Positions 1-11,824 of a DNA stretch of 59,559 nucleotides are shown piece after piece. The notes beneath the pieces were generated by a model, which saw only the letters and a program-made list of their open reading frames with translations, ran no database searches and was not told where the DNA came from. Position 1 is the first letter of the stretch. Each line of letters opens with the position of its first letter. Source of the stretch: Selaginella moellendorffii (Eukaryota; Plantae; Lycopodiophyta); contig NW_003314280.1 of the NCBI RefSeq assembly GCF_000143415.4, positions 1,720,502-1,780,060 of the forward strand, written 5' to 3'. A program made the translations under genes and the position numbers.

Positions 1-182
1 CGGAGCTTGATGGCGGTGTTGAGCACAAAGGGCGTGACGAAGGCATGGATCATGCCCAGGCATTCCATGCGGCCAATGATCTCGTCCTCGGTAAATTGGG
101 AATTGCGAACCTCGCCAACGGATTGGTCATCATCGTCAAAGAACAGAGGATCGTGGATCGATAGAGGTGACGTCATTGCCAT
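1..182 (-). CDS. 5' end of an O-methyltransferase copy running off the left window edge (completeness unknown)
   Basis: The reverse strand from ATG at 182 reads MAMTSPLSIHDPLFFDDDDQSVGEVRNSQFTEDEIIGRMECLGMIHAFVTPFVLNTAIKLR, nearly identical to the OMT at 46669. Confidence 0.85.
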   Translation of the reverse strand, partial: MAMTSPLSIHDPLFFDDDDQSVGEVRNSQFTEDEIIGRMECLGMIHAFVTPFVLNTAIKL

Positions 183-375
183 TTGGATCGAGGGCGCAAA
201 AATCGATCAGCAATTGGGGAGAGCTTTCGACAGCAGGAGACTTGCACTTGCGATCGATTCTCTCGATTTTTAGAATCTATTAGAACTGGAATTAGAGATG
301 GAAGAGCTCCAAAATTGTAGAGTGGACCTCAGTTGTGATCGTCGATTTGTGGAGATGTGAGAGAGGAGGCTCCAA

Positions 376-381
376 TTTATA
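376..381 (-). promoter_or_regulatory. TATA box of the left-edge OMT copy
   Basis: TATAAA in the same CCCTGCTATAAATTGGAGCC context as 46454, 29981 and 31139-31144. Confidence 0.65.
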
Positions 382-2199
382 GCAGGGAGGGTTCACAGGA
401 ATAGGCTGGTTCCAGGGCTACCTTATTCTTCACGTGTTTGTGAATTTTATATGGCTGGCCATGCCTCCAGCAACTTACTAATTGAGAGATTTCCATCTCC
501 AAATCGCATGGCAAAGCCCTAGTGCAATTTGGCACTAGGAATGTGAGCAAAGATCAGTCATATAGTGATTGCTAAGAGGAGTAATTGGTAGCAACAAACA
601 TGACAAGGGAGGCTGGGGCTGTCATGGATGACAACAGCTCACAACAATATATTTTCTGGTTTATCACTATTATAATTGATTTAAAATTTAGTAAAAATAA
701 TGACTACATATTTTTTGTTTTATTACTATTATAAATGTAAATTAATAAAATTTCCAATTTGACTTTAAATCTTAAATTTATAAAACTATTGTGTCTTAAA
801 TTATAGTTACAAATATCAATTATAAATAATAACAATCTCAATGTAATGCAATAACTTAAAACTCATGTACCCCTTGTGGGTCATTTCCCATTCTAATACC
901 AAGAAGCAAGTTTTGTTTGTGACTAATGTTGGTGACCATGGGCAATGAACAAGATTGCACGCTGAGATAAGAGGGGTACTCATCTTCTCCTTGAATCTCC
1001 AGGGCCTTCTCTACTTCGGGCTTTTCCAAACATGTCACTGTGCTCTGCTGTGGAGGTTGATGGGCTCGAGTTGGAACCAGCCATCAATCTTTTCCATGGC
1101 TGAGATCCGCCATAACAGAACATGACATTGACATACATTCTAGAGGGACAGAGGTGAGTGAGGGATCTGGATAAATCCACGCCAAGCCAAAGAGCTTGGG
1201 AGGTATTGGCGAGGCTGGATTATTAGACTAAGAACATCATGATTGGATGTTTTCACAACTGTGGTCTTTTTTATGTATGACAGTGACTTGAACAATCCAA
1301 CCAGATCCAAAAACCAGATTTTACTAAATGGACATTTCCTTGCATGGACAACTTTAATTAACCCTTGCATGGATTTTTGCTGTTAGAAACAAAGAAGAAG
1401 AAAAAGTTATTTGAACTAGAAAAAAGAAAAAATGAGATTATCCAACAAGCTCATGTGTCTTTGGCTAACAATAATTATGTGTTGGACTTGTCGTCATTGG
1501 TGTCCACAGCCTGTGTTCCTGGTTGCTCCAAGATGCTAAGTCTTGCATCCGGCTGGGCCAGTCAGCATTTAGTCTCCTTGCAAAATCTTGGGCTTCCTTA
1601 AATCTCAATCAATGTATGTCACCTTGAACGAAACTAGCGCCTGCAAATTGGATTGGAGATGAAAAACCTTGCTTTTTGAGCTCTAGAGACGAGAACAAAG
1701 CTCTCAAGGAAAACAATGTGGAAGAAGGGAGTATACACCCACATACCTCCTTTGAGAAGCTGTCCCGAAGAAGGGGACGTGATTCTCTGGAACACCATGA
1801 TCTCAGCCTAACTCTTCCTGAATCAGAGAACATTTGAGTGAAAGGAATACGAAGTTAAAAAACAGAGCTGATTTTACAAATGTCGTGGTTCCACTCCCCC
1901 GCAAGTATATCAATGTATTGCGCTCCCACGGCACCACTATATGAATCGACATCACAGCTTTGGGAGGGCGATGAAGGCTATGATCTCCATCTGGCGATGG
2001 TGATGGAGTGGCAATGCCATCGATTCGTGTGTGAACAAAGACTCTATTTCCTGCAGCTCCATCCCCCAAGAAGGTAGAGCTTGCTGCCCAGAGCCTGGCA
2101 CACGAATCCCCATGCCTTTGGTGAGGAGGAATCCGGTGCCACTGGGTATCAAAAGCTCTTATCGTCCAAGCCCTGTTTGGCTCTGGAGTCTGGCAAATA

Positions 2200-2619
2200 G
2201 TTGATGAGCAACTGTGAAAGGAGCAGCGCAAGTCTCGTGCACAGGGAAGCGTGCCGGATCGACGAGCTAAGCACCGGCAATTCACATTCTTCTTGCTATC
2301 ACTATATGCCTGGTTTGGGCATATTGACAAGGCAATCAAGGTCTTTCACACGATTCAGGATCCCAATGTCTTCTCCTGGAAAATCCTGTTACAGGCCTTT
2401 TGCGATGACAATCGCGTTGCTGAGGATGGAAACACCTTTGATTCTCTGCAGGAGAGGGACGTGGTGACCTGGACTGCGATGGTGATTGCATATGCCCGCA
2501 TTGGGCATCGTTTGCGCCAAAGTTTTTCTTCACGGGCCGCGGCGAAACCAGGTGGAATGCCTCTCATCCACCGCGAGGTCTTGCTCAATGGATGCTGTCT
2601 CAGGGACAAGTCAAGTTAA
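2200..2619 (+). pseudogene. PLS-class PPR gene fragment
   Basis: SLYAWFGHIDKAIKVFHTIQDPNVFSWKILLQAF and FDSLQERDVVTWTAMVIAYARIGH are typical PPR repeats. The fragment is frameshifted and truncated. Confidence 0.8.
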
Positions 2620-3729
2620 TCCCAGTTGCTACTCGAGTACGTACTGCCACTTCCCGGTCCAATAAGGTCACATCGCTGGTTGGAATTCATGGCTTGGTGA
2701 CTTGAGATCTTCCTTTTTCTTTTCGCAGGAGAGGAAGTTTTTCGATGAGAAGTCCGTCCCGCTAGACACCAAAACGTTGTGTGAGCTCACGTCGGCAGCT
2801 GAAAGCCTTGAGGTGGACTTGACCAGTCGACTCTAGATTGGATGATGGAAGGAAAAACACCGAAAGAGATCTGGACTGCCAGACGATCTAACTGAAGTAG
2901 GAAGCTAATGTTATAGATCTCTCACGGGCATGGTAGCTTGCGAATTGTTTAATTCCAGCTCAGCTGTGGACAAAAAATGCATTTTGCTGGCGAGCTTCAT
3001 GCAGATTGGAGATGTAGACATGGTGGCGTGGTTGAAATTGCAGCACAGCACGAGATGAAGCCAAAGAAATGTTTGATCGATATGAAGGATCAAATCTCAT
3101 GAACATAATGCTAGAAGCATCAAATTCATGATCACGGCTCTTTTTCCCCAGGGTGGATATTGTGAAAAACATTGCTCCTTCAATTCGCTTAGGACCACCA
3201 AAACTACAACACAAGTCCGTCCACAAGCCAATCAGCAGGCTGTCCGATCAGCAGGATTCCTCATCCCCTCCGGCTACTAGCGACAACTAATTAAGTTGCT
3301 TCGTTTGGACTAATTGAGAAAACTCTCCGGTTTTTTATTTCTTCCCCTTTTTTAGCTGCCACTTAGCTCAAGTTTAGGGTTCATCGTTGAAGGGCTCGGA
3401 CGAGATGTCTTGGGGTTGGCACACAAGAATGATCAGTAACCTCTTAGTAAACAACGGAGGCGAACCGCTCTTTTATAAAACTTATGCGTTTGATTGAGTT
3501 TGCTTGATGTTCCATCAACTTTGTTTTTGCGTATGCAATTGTCTTGCTGACGACATCAAAGTTCGACAATACACCAGACTGAATAACAACAAAGTTCCTC
3601 AAAGTTGCTGACGAACAACATCCTACAAAGTGATGAAGTAACACAACACCAAGTTTTCACACCAGTACGTGAGAAGGTCCAAAATAAAATTAAAAAAACT
3701 ATGTATGCCCGCACACCAGCACTGCAATA

Positions 3730-4887
3730 GTGGCTCAAACAATGATTCAAGTATCAAAACTAGACGGTCATTGCCTCGAGGAGGGAATACACATTTGGGT
3801 ACTGTTTCCGAGAAGGATCCCAAATACCATACTTGCCTCAGTACGGCACTCGTTTTCCAGCCATGTGCTGGCTCCGCTGGGTTGTTCCTTGGCCTTTTTC
3901 AAGAGTTTCTGCTTCTCATGGGGAAGGGTCTTTAAGACTAGCTTGATAGCCCCACTGCACATACTTCTAATTTCCTTACCAGTTCCTTAAGAATGTAGAT
4001 TTCATCCTGTCCAAGATTGGTCAAGCACTGGCAGCTCAAGCTCATGCGTCGTGTACGCTACTTTCCCTTCCTCTGCACATGAAACAGCTGCGCTCTTGGT
4101 CGGGGCTGGGCAGATGTACACAGTGTGCACCACGCAATGTCCAGTATACCATTCTTCCTGTGTGTTTCTGGACTAACAGTGACCTGGAGTGCAAGGATAT
4201 GTAACACTCGCTGCTCGTTAACCCACACTAGCACGCGATCCACATACTTGAACGAGTTGTATACTGCCTGGTGCGGCTTCCAGTTATCTGGCCTGATAAT
4301 GCTGGTTCACCCTTTAAAGCTTTCAGCTGGAACACTCCGATTTGTTGCCCTTGGAAGTTCAAACCGGTAGCCTGGATAGCCTCTCCAACCCACTTCCGGC
4401 CAAATCACATATCTTTTCTTGAGTTTGTTCACGAGGTTGGCCTTGAGCTTTGGTGAGCGATAGACTGTGCCCTTCAAGCGCTCTAAAGCCGCTTCACGAT
4501 GACCGAGTTGGTGCAAAAAGATCCACTGCAAACATAGCCCTTGAACACAGATGCGGGATCTCTAAGCTTCTCTACATCCTCTGTGTACCTGTTCTTGATG
4601 TAGTCTCGGATGCATTCAAAGGGCTCAGCTGTCCTGAAGGTAAGCAGGACCATTTCCAGTCTCTCTTTTCATCCAGGTACTTCTCCGGGCTTTCCAGTTT
4701 GGCTGTCATGTAGAGTTCATTTCCCGTCTCCAGATCCAGTAGAGAAATGCCCAAACGTCTCTTCTTGCGGAAGAATTCGTCTTCAATTTACTCTTTACAA
4801 GCCTTGTCTAGGAGGAACAGGGACATTGGGTGCTTGTCAGCATAAAGAATAACATCCGCTAGGATGCTGCTGAAGCATCTTGCCATC
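3730..4887 (-). pseudogene. Unidentified coding-like remnant, 5' end abutting a copia LTR
   Basis: Coding-like segments (DEFFRKKRRLGISLLDLETGNELYMTAKLESPEKYLDEKRDWKWSC; AALERLKGTVYRSPKLKANLVNKLKKRYVIWPEVGWRG) are broken by frameshifts. No family recognised. Second copy at about 40978-42100. Confidence 0.4.
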
Positions 4888-6534
4888 TGTTGCAGAAATG
4901 AAGTATATGTAAATGTCTGGATTTTTGTGTGTGGAATGCTTTGTTGACTTCATTGCTTTGGTATGGTTATGTACATAATGGTATGGGTGTGATGCTTGGC
5001 ATTGGATGGATGACTTGGTTTTGTTTGTTGACATGGAGACTTGTTGTCACTCATCTCCACACTCCTTCTCAAGGCTCTCACTGTCAGTCAAATGGAGAGA
5101 TTTGAGGAAGACTTCATGTTTCACTTGAGGCAGGGACTTCATCAGGATATCAGCAAATTGAGGTGGTTGAGCAAAATTCAAGTTGATGGTTCCATTGTGC
5201 TTGGTGCATGAACCCAATTGAACACTATTGCCAACATACTATTGAAATTTGTATCCTTAATCCCTGCAGTAACATTTTAAGCTAGATGGCTTTTTTCATT
5301 GCTGCTGCAGATCTAATGCATTTAGACTCGCACAAGGACATCATAGTGATCTGCTGCCTCTTGAAACATCAACTAACCACATTATGGTTATACACATTTC
5401 CTCTTCCATATTTCAGTGTGTATTTCCGTGTACCACTCATATACCTCATGATCCGCTTCACAGCAGCCCAAGACTACTCCCACACCAAATGTGAGGTTAG
5501 GCCTAGTTGAGACCATCAAGTAGATGAGACTCTCGACCATTGAACAATATAGTGTTGTGTTATCCTCTTCAGGAGTCTCATTTGAAGTTCATGTTTACTT
5601 CCATAGAATTATCCACTCAAGTTAGCATTAAGCATAGAGTACCTTTGGAGAATGTCATGGATGTATTTTTTGTAGGAGAGCTTTAGTACTCCACATTACC
5701 TATCTAAATTCCCAAGTAGTAGTGCAATTCTCCCATATCAGTCATCTTGAATTTGGCAACAAAGTAAGTCTTAATCCAGTTGATGAGTTGCATCTGATTG
5801 GAGGTAATAGTGTATCATCCACATATAAGGCTAAGAATAGAAATCCTTAACCATCTTGATATGGAGGGGATAGTCTCTAATAGAGTGTGATTGAGTTGCT
5901 TTGCCATGCTATTCTGCTAAAGAGTATAAGCTATTGTATACTGATGAACAATGCCAACCTCAATCAGGAAGTTCAAAAACTCACTGCTCATGTACTTGCC
6001 ACCACCATCCGTGTGTAGCACATGGATTTTCCTTCTAGTAAAGGTCTTTACCCAGCTCTTGAAAAGCTTGAAGTGGTCAAACACTTCACTCTTTGCATAG
6101 AGAAGACTCACCATAGTGTACTTAGAGTGGTCATTGGTAAAAGACATAAAGTACTTCTTGCGGCTAAGTGTTTCCATAAGTAGGTAGCACATGTCATTAT
6201 GAACCAGATTTAGCAAGCTTACTTCATGGTTCTTGATGTGAATGGAAAGTAAATTTGCTTGTCAAGATGGCCAGTTTTACACATGCCCAAATGATGCTTT
6301 CTGTGAGCTTGTTGCAAGCTAAGGTGTGCAAATCTCATTCATTGACATGCCATGAGGATTGAAACAAACCCATGTAGATGTCTGGATTTGTGTGTGTGTA
6401 ATGCTTTGTCGACTTCATTACTTTGGTATGGTTATGTACATAATGGTATGGGTGTGACACTTGGCATTTAGTGTCTTGCATGGATGACTTGGTTTATTTG
6501 CTGATGAGGAGACTTGCCGTCACTTATCTCCACA
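4888..6534 (-). mobile_element. Degenerate, internally deleted Ty1/copia LTR retrotransposon
   Basis: Integrase remnant (HTDGGGKYMSSEF) at 5917-6216, RT remnants, and RNase H end (ADILMKSLP). A purine tract GAGAAGGAG precedes a 174-bp TG..CA 3' LTR at 4888-5061. A truncated 5' LTR lies at about 6372-6534. No TSD found. Confidence 0.85.
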
Positions 6535-7046
6535 AGGCCATGGCATGGTGGTGATCAAGTTTTCAGATGGACCTCTCAAGGAAGTTCATCACATTGACTT
6601 CATCACCATTGATTGCTGCTTTACCACCACTTTCTTCACAGAGTTGGTGGCGGTGCCATAGCTCAATGATTTTGTGTGTTTGAAAAGTAAGCACTTAAGT
6701 TGGAAATATTAGTTCTGCATTAAATAGTAGAGAGTTTCATACCAAACACCACTGGCTATAGATGAGCTCATGTTGTGCACCCTTCTGTGAAGAAAGTGGT
6801 GGTAAAGCTTTGATCCAAGGCTGCATTACAACAAAGTGAATGTGAGAGGTCCATCTAGAAACTTGATCACCACCATGCCACAGCCTTGTGGAGATGAGTG
6901 ATGACAAGTCTCCTCATCAGCAAACAAGCCAAGTCATCCATGCAAGACACTAAATGCCAAGTGTCACACCCATACCATTGTGTACATAACCATACCGAAG
7001 TAATGAAGTCAACAAAGCATTACACACACAAAAATCCAGACATCTA
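6375..7046. repeat. Inverted repeat (arms about 6375-6642 and 6785-7046) made of copia LTR plus flank
   Basis: The arm ATGTCTGGATTT...CTTTCTTCACAG is reverse-complemented across a spacer of about 140 bp. The same structure occurs at 38777-39450. Confidence 0.85.
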
Positions 7047-7697
7047 TAAGGTATTGTCAACAATCTTTCAGGCAACATGTTAACAATTTAAGAGGCAATT
7101 GGTGAAAAGGTGAGTTTTTCTCCATCACCAGTGTTTGTTCTGGAGGTGTTATGGCTGGATTGTAGTGCTTCATTTCACATGACTCCCTTGAGGTTTGTGT
7201 TTCACACTTAGAAGCCTCTCCATGCTCCATAACAGGTTTACATTGGCAATAAATGACCACTTCAGCTGGAAGGCAGTAACATGGTGGTGATCAAGCTTCC
7301 AGATGGACCTCTCAAGGAGGTTCATCACATTCATTTCATCTATATACTCCATAGGTGCAACTTCATATCAAGATTTTGAAAAGAAAAAACTTTTAGGTAA
7401 GAACCAATTTTGTGTTAGTGGCTGCAAAGACTTGGGAGAGAGAATCCCAGATCAAGAAGATGAATGAATTCATCTCCAAGACTCAGTCCAATCATCGAGA
7501 GTGCTTTGCAATTCTTAGAGTCCTAAGTAGCCTACAAGGCGGTGTCAGTGTCAGGAGGTCTTACTTCAGTTCCCTGACCAAGTCCTAGCAAGCTTTAGCC
7601 ATCAAAATTAACTGGACTTTGGTCTTTCATAATGAATGATGCAAAGAAGGCTGCCACCTAGCATATGCTTACTCAAAGCAACTTGTTGTTAATAATG

Positions 7698-8467
7698 GCT
7701 CTTCTCAGCTTGCAGCCACGGTGGTCTCGTCAAAGACGGCGTCCAGCTCTTCGTGTCACTCCTCCACGACTACCCAACGATCTCCCCGCGAGCTGAGCAC
7801 TACTACTGCATGGTGGACCTCATAGCCAAGCTCGACGCTGCTGAGAAGTTTATAGCCGTGGCACCCCGACCGGGTGATCCACTCCACAATGCTGGGAGCC
7901 TCCAAAGTTCACAAGGACGTGGAGCAAGAGAGAAAGTCTGCCGAGCACTTGATGGAGCTCACATCGGATTGCTCCGTGGCGTACATGGTGCTGTCGAATC
8001 TCTACAACGAAGTCAGGAAGAAGGACGAGGGGGGCAAGATCGGGAGGCTCATGTACGAGAAGAACATCAGGAAGGAGCCGGCTTTCAGCTCATTGCGTTG
8101 AAGCGAAGAGTCCACGAGTTCTTCACGGGGGACACGACAATGCTCGAACTCCAGAGATCTTGGAGGAGCTGGAGAGGGTGAGGTCGGAGATGGCCAAGGC
8201 AGGATACACTCCAGACACCACTCTCATGCTTCACGACGTGGGGACGAGCAAAAGAAGCGCTTGCTCTCGTATCACAGCGAGAAGATGGCGATTGCATTTG
8301 GGTTGATCAGCACAGCCCCAGGAACTTCGCTGAGGATCATCAAGAACTTGCGCGTGTGTGGGGACTGTCACACTGCCACCAAGTTTATCTCCAAGATCAC
8401 GGAAAGAGAGATTGTCGTGAGAGACAGCCATCGCTTCCATCACTTTGACAATGGGGGAGACTATTGA
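7698..8467 (+). pseudogene. PPR-E-DYW (RNA editing factor type) pseudogene
   Basis: Contains [56 protein letters not shown] and RFHHF. Several frameshifts. The C-terminus is reduced to GGDY* instead of CSCGDYW. Confidence 0.92.
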
Positions 8468-8584
8468 TAATTCAGGTAAGTTTTAATCTAATTTATTTTT
8501 AAAATAAGGAACAAAGCAAAAAGGTGGTTAAAAAGGGAGCTTAGTTTTATATAAATCCATGAAGGTCTATCAGAAGGAAAAACG

Positions 8585-8923
8585 ATGGGTTCTCACTCAA
8601 GTTCTTCGATCGATCATCCATCCCCAAATTCCTTGAAGCCGACTTGGTCTAACAAGAGGAAGCGTTCTCCACGTCCCCGTTCTTTTAAGAACCTAACTCG
8701 GTCGACCACTCCACACAAGAGGGTCCCTCTGGACCCTCCAGCCCTGTGCTCTCCCATGGATCTGGAAAGATCCGAGATGGATCAAGCAAGTTTCTTTGAA
8801 CTTAGAGAACCCAGAGAGGCGGACAACGAACTCGTGATGAAGCAAGAACCACTTGAAGAGTTAAGATTGGATCAAGTTTCTTGCTCTGAGGTCGACTGGG
8901 GGGAACTTCTCAAAGATCTCTAG
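8585..8923 (+). CDS. Hypothetical 112-aa protein with basic NLS-like N-terminus and acidic C-terminus
   Basis: ATG-initiated ORF kept open in the second copy (17503-17853, in-frame 12-nt indel). No recognised domain. Confidence 0.35.
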   Translation: MGSHSSSSIDHPSPNSLKPTWSNKRKRSPRPRSFKNLTRSTTPHKRVPLDPPALCSPMDLERSEMDQASFFELREPREADNELVMKQEPLEELRLDQVSCSEVDWGELLKDL

Positions 8924-8999
8924 TTTGATGAAAATTGGTCACTTTCGCAAGAGATGTTTTGTAAAAATAAACATTTTTAATAATTTAATTTGAGCCAAG

Positions 9000-10060
9000 T
9001 TGACATCCCTGGGCCAGTTGAAAGTAACTGTCGTCCGGCACTGCTGCTGCTGCTTTCGATCGATTTCTTCTCGATCTACAGCACCATCGAAAGCACTCGA
9101 AACAACCCAAGCATCCACCAACACGAGCCGGGATTTCCAAGAGCTCTGGAAAGCCTATCAAATTTTCCTGAACCGGCTCTCGAGATCACTCGCAAAAGAT
9201 GACAACGATGGCCTTCCCTGGTGGTATAACATCAACCCGCACTTTCCATGGCCCTCCTTTCCATTTCTGCGGCCTCCAATGCTACCACCACCGCCACCGC
9301 CACCTTTGTGCCCACCACCACCGCCGCCAGTAAACTTCACCTCCAGCGATGTCGATCGAATCAACCTTGCTCTCAACGTTCACTATCTCCAAGCCGAGTT
9401 CTTCCTCCATGCAGCGTTTGGACACGGGCTTGACAAAGTTAATGCAAAGCTTGCCGAGAAGGGGCCACCGCCTATTGGAGGCCGCAAAGCTCAACTCTCT
9501 ATACAAATGGAGCATGTTGCCAAAGAACTTAGGCTCCAATCTACAGGTCATATCAGGTAGTTAACATTTCTTTCTCTCAAGTTTTTTTTTCTAAAGTTGT
9601 TTTCACACAGGGCAATCCATGATAAGCTGTCGGCCCCTGCTAAACATAGATGCTGGAGTGTGGAATTCCCTCATCAGCAAGGCTCTCGTTCACACTCACA
9701 CCGAAGTTGATGGTGGTTCTTTGCGGTTTGATCCGTATGAAAACGACGCAAACTTTCTCATTGCTGCATATGTGATTCCGTACATTGGCCTTAACACGCT
9801 CGTAGGTTCGAGCAATCGAGTGACTGGCATTCAAGCACGAAATGTAACAAAGAATTACAAGATTTTCAAGAGATTCTTTGTTTCTTCAAAACAGTTGGTT
9901 GTCCGGATTGATGGGAATCCAAGCTCCACGAATGACTACTCCATGGCCATCTCGAGACCAAGTTCTCCAAGTTTTGTACGGAACAGGGAGACGCTTCCAT
10001 ACCGGGATTGTTCTTCCCCAAGGGGGCTAACGCTGACATCTTTCTCAAACCCAGGGGCCC
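9000..10060 (+). pseudogene. Desiccation-related protein PCC13-62 (ferritin-like) pseudogene, copy 1
   Basis: DVDRINLALNVHYLQAEFFL, GPPPIGGRKA, FDPYENDANFLIAAYVIPY and GLFFPKGAN, with a Pro-rich N-terminus. Frameshift at the start of exon 2 and a deletion of about 200 bp near 9925. Confidence 0.85.
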
Positions 10061-10065
10061 AAACT

Positions 10066-10763
10066 TTAGTGTGAATGACTTTTTGCCTTTCCAGAAGTTC
10101 TAGCAAATGAGATTCCAAACTTAGGATCAGCCGAGGAAACCTTCTTGTAAAAACAAACGGTGTCTCCTTCCTTGAGCGAGTGCTCCCTCACATAATGAAT
10201 CCAGTGTGTTGTGATCAGGCTCCCGGTTTTCCCCTTCTTGCACCGGAGCTCCCAAACTCCGCCCTCTTCGTCCACAAATTCCACGAGAACCTTTTGATCA
10301 TTCGGGAGAATTGACTCGTACTTGACCGGGATGAGCAATCTGTGCAGGCTATTCACGTCGCTGGCGGTCAGCTTCTTGTCAAAAAGTAGAGCCCAACGAG
10401 ATGGATCGCAGGTGACGAGAGGATCCTCGCGTTTCCGGGGTCTCCACTTGTGACACTTCGTTTTCTTGGTGTCTCCCGCCGGCTGAATCGCGCCCGAGGA
10501 CGAGGAATCTTTCACCTCATCAGTCCTTGAACCGTAATCTCGATCGCCCATCTTAAGTTTCTTTACCTTTTGTCCCAGTTGTTGACATTCGTCCATGACC
10601 ACCACCTTTCTTTCATATCCGCCGTGAACCAAAGTAGAGCCCTCCAGAGCATGGATTTCCGTGGAGACCGCTTCCTTCTCAGGACAAATGTCTTCGAAAA
10701 ACTTGGCTGCAAGGCTGCAGCGTCCGCAAGAACCAACAGTCCAGAAAAATCTTTGCTTGTCAT
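10066..10763 (-). pseudogene. B3-domain transcription factor, copy 1 (frameshifted upstream of an intact B3 domain)
   Basis: LFDKKLTASDVNSLHRLLIP...W..YVREHSLKEGDTVCFY is a RAV/ARF-type B3 signature. A deletion near 10612 and an insertion near 10690 relative to copy 2 break the frame. Confidence 0.82.
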
Positions 10764-10773
10764 CTCACCACTA

Positions 10774-10938
10774 GTGAAAAAACCCTTTGCTTTAATCCAA
10801 ACCTATACACTATTCACTGCCTTTTAAATAAAAGTTAAGCAAAAGGTGGTTAAGAAAGTGAAAAAACCCTTTGCTTTAATCCAAACCTATACACTATTCA
10901 CTGCCTTTTAAATAAAAGTTAAGCAAAAGGTGGTTAAA
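10774..10938. repeat. 84-bp tandem duplication upstream of B3 copy 1
   Basis: GTGAAAAAACCCTTTGCTTTAATCC...GCAAAAGGTGGTTAA occurs twice. It is single in the paralogous block near 19979. Confidence 0.9.
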
Positions 10939-11824
10939 AATCTTGGCGGCAAAAGGCTTTGATTTGAAATCCCTAACAAGGGCTCTTCAAATTTGGTTCC
11001 CGGTTCGTCGATCGATCGATCGATCGGAGGAAAGATTGTGTGCCAGTTACTATATATCGCGATGAGGAGCGCATTGCAATTGATGAGATGCCGGTCCTCC
11101 CCGGCGACCAGCGCAAATGCTGGGATCATCGGCGCCACCGCCGTTCCAATTGAGCAGCTTCAATCCTCTCAGCACTGCCGCCGCTGCCGCCGCCTCCAGC
11201 CCAGGAGTGGCATCGACTTGTAGAGATTTCAGGAAGCTCTTGCTCAGTCGCCCATATGTAATCACGAGTCTCTCTCCTTTCTCTTCGATCTTTCGCATTT
11301 AAATGGGCGATGTCGAATCGATTCAACTCTCTTGGATTTCGATGGCGGTGATGCACAAACAGGGGAGGAAGAGGGCTGATCCCGATAATTAGATACAAGC
11401 ACGATCCTATCGTTTGTTTTCTTCCGTAGGTTCTCCAGTACACGAGCTAGAACAAACATTTCTTATCAGGTTTTCATTACACCGGTCTAGAGCTTGCTTT
11501 CAATATTGTTCGCTCGTCGGTGGAGTTTCATCAGGTTCTCTTATCAGGTGTGACCAGTCTAGAGCTTGCATCAAATCCACTCACAGTTTCATAGTTCACA
11601 TCAGGAGCAAGTTCATCAAATCATGCAACACTTGCTCACCGATTGGGTGTGTTTTCATGCTCATTGATTGATATGATTTTGTAATTAATTTTTTTTAATA
11701 GTGCTCTTTGCTCTTGCTGGAGCTGGCAAAGCTGGAGAATCAGTGGAAACGGACCCATAGTGCTTCGATCATGACTATGGTGCTTATTTTGCTAGCCATA
11801 CATGCCACACTTGCGTTACATGGA

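Larger units (their letters stand above)
1..3360. repeat. Segmental duplication arm A, inverted copy at about 27085-30370
   Basis: Mirror-image ORFs, e.g. 2960-3226(-) vs 27182-27448(+) and 1609-1833(-) vs 28550-28774(+). Reverse-complement identity continues with small indels. Confidence 0.95.
3420..8197. repeat. Segmental duplication arm B, inverted copy at 33822-42420 (that copy interrupted by a MULE)
   Basis: Reverse-complement identity of the unknown gene, copia remnant and PPR fragment. The MULE empty site is at 7544-7552. Confidence 0.95.
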
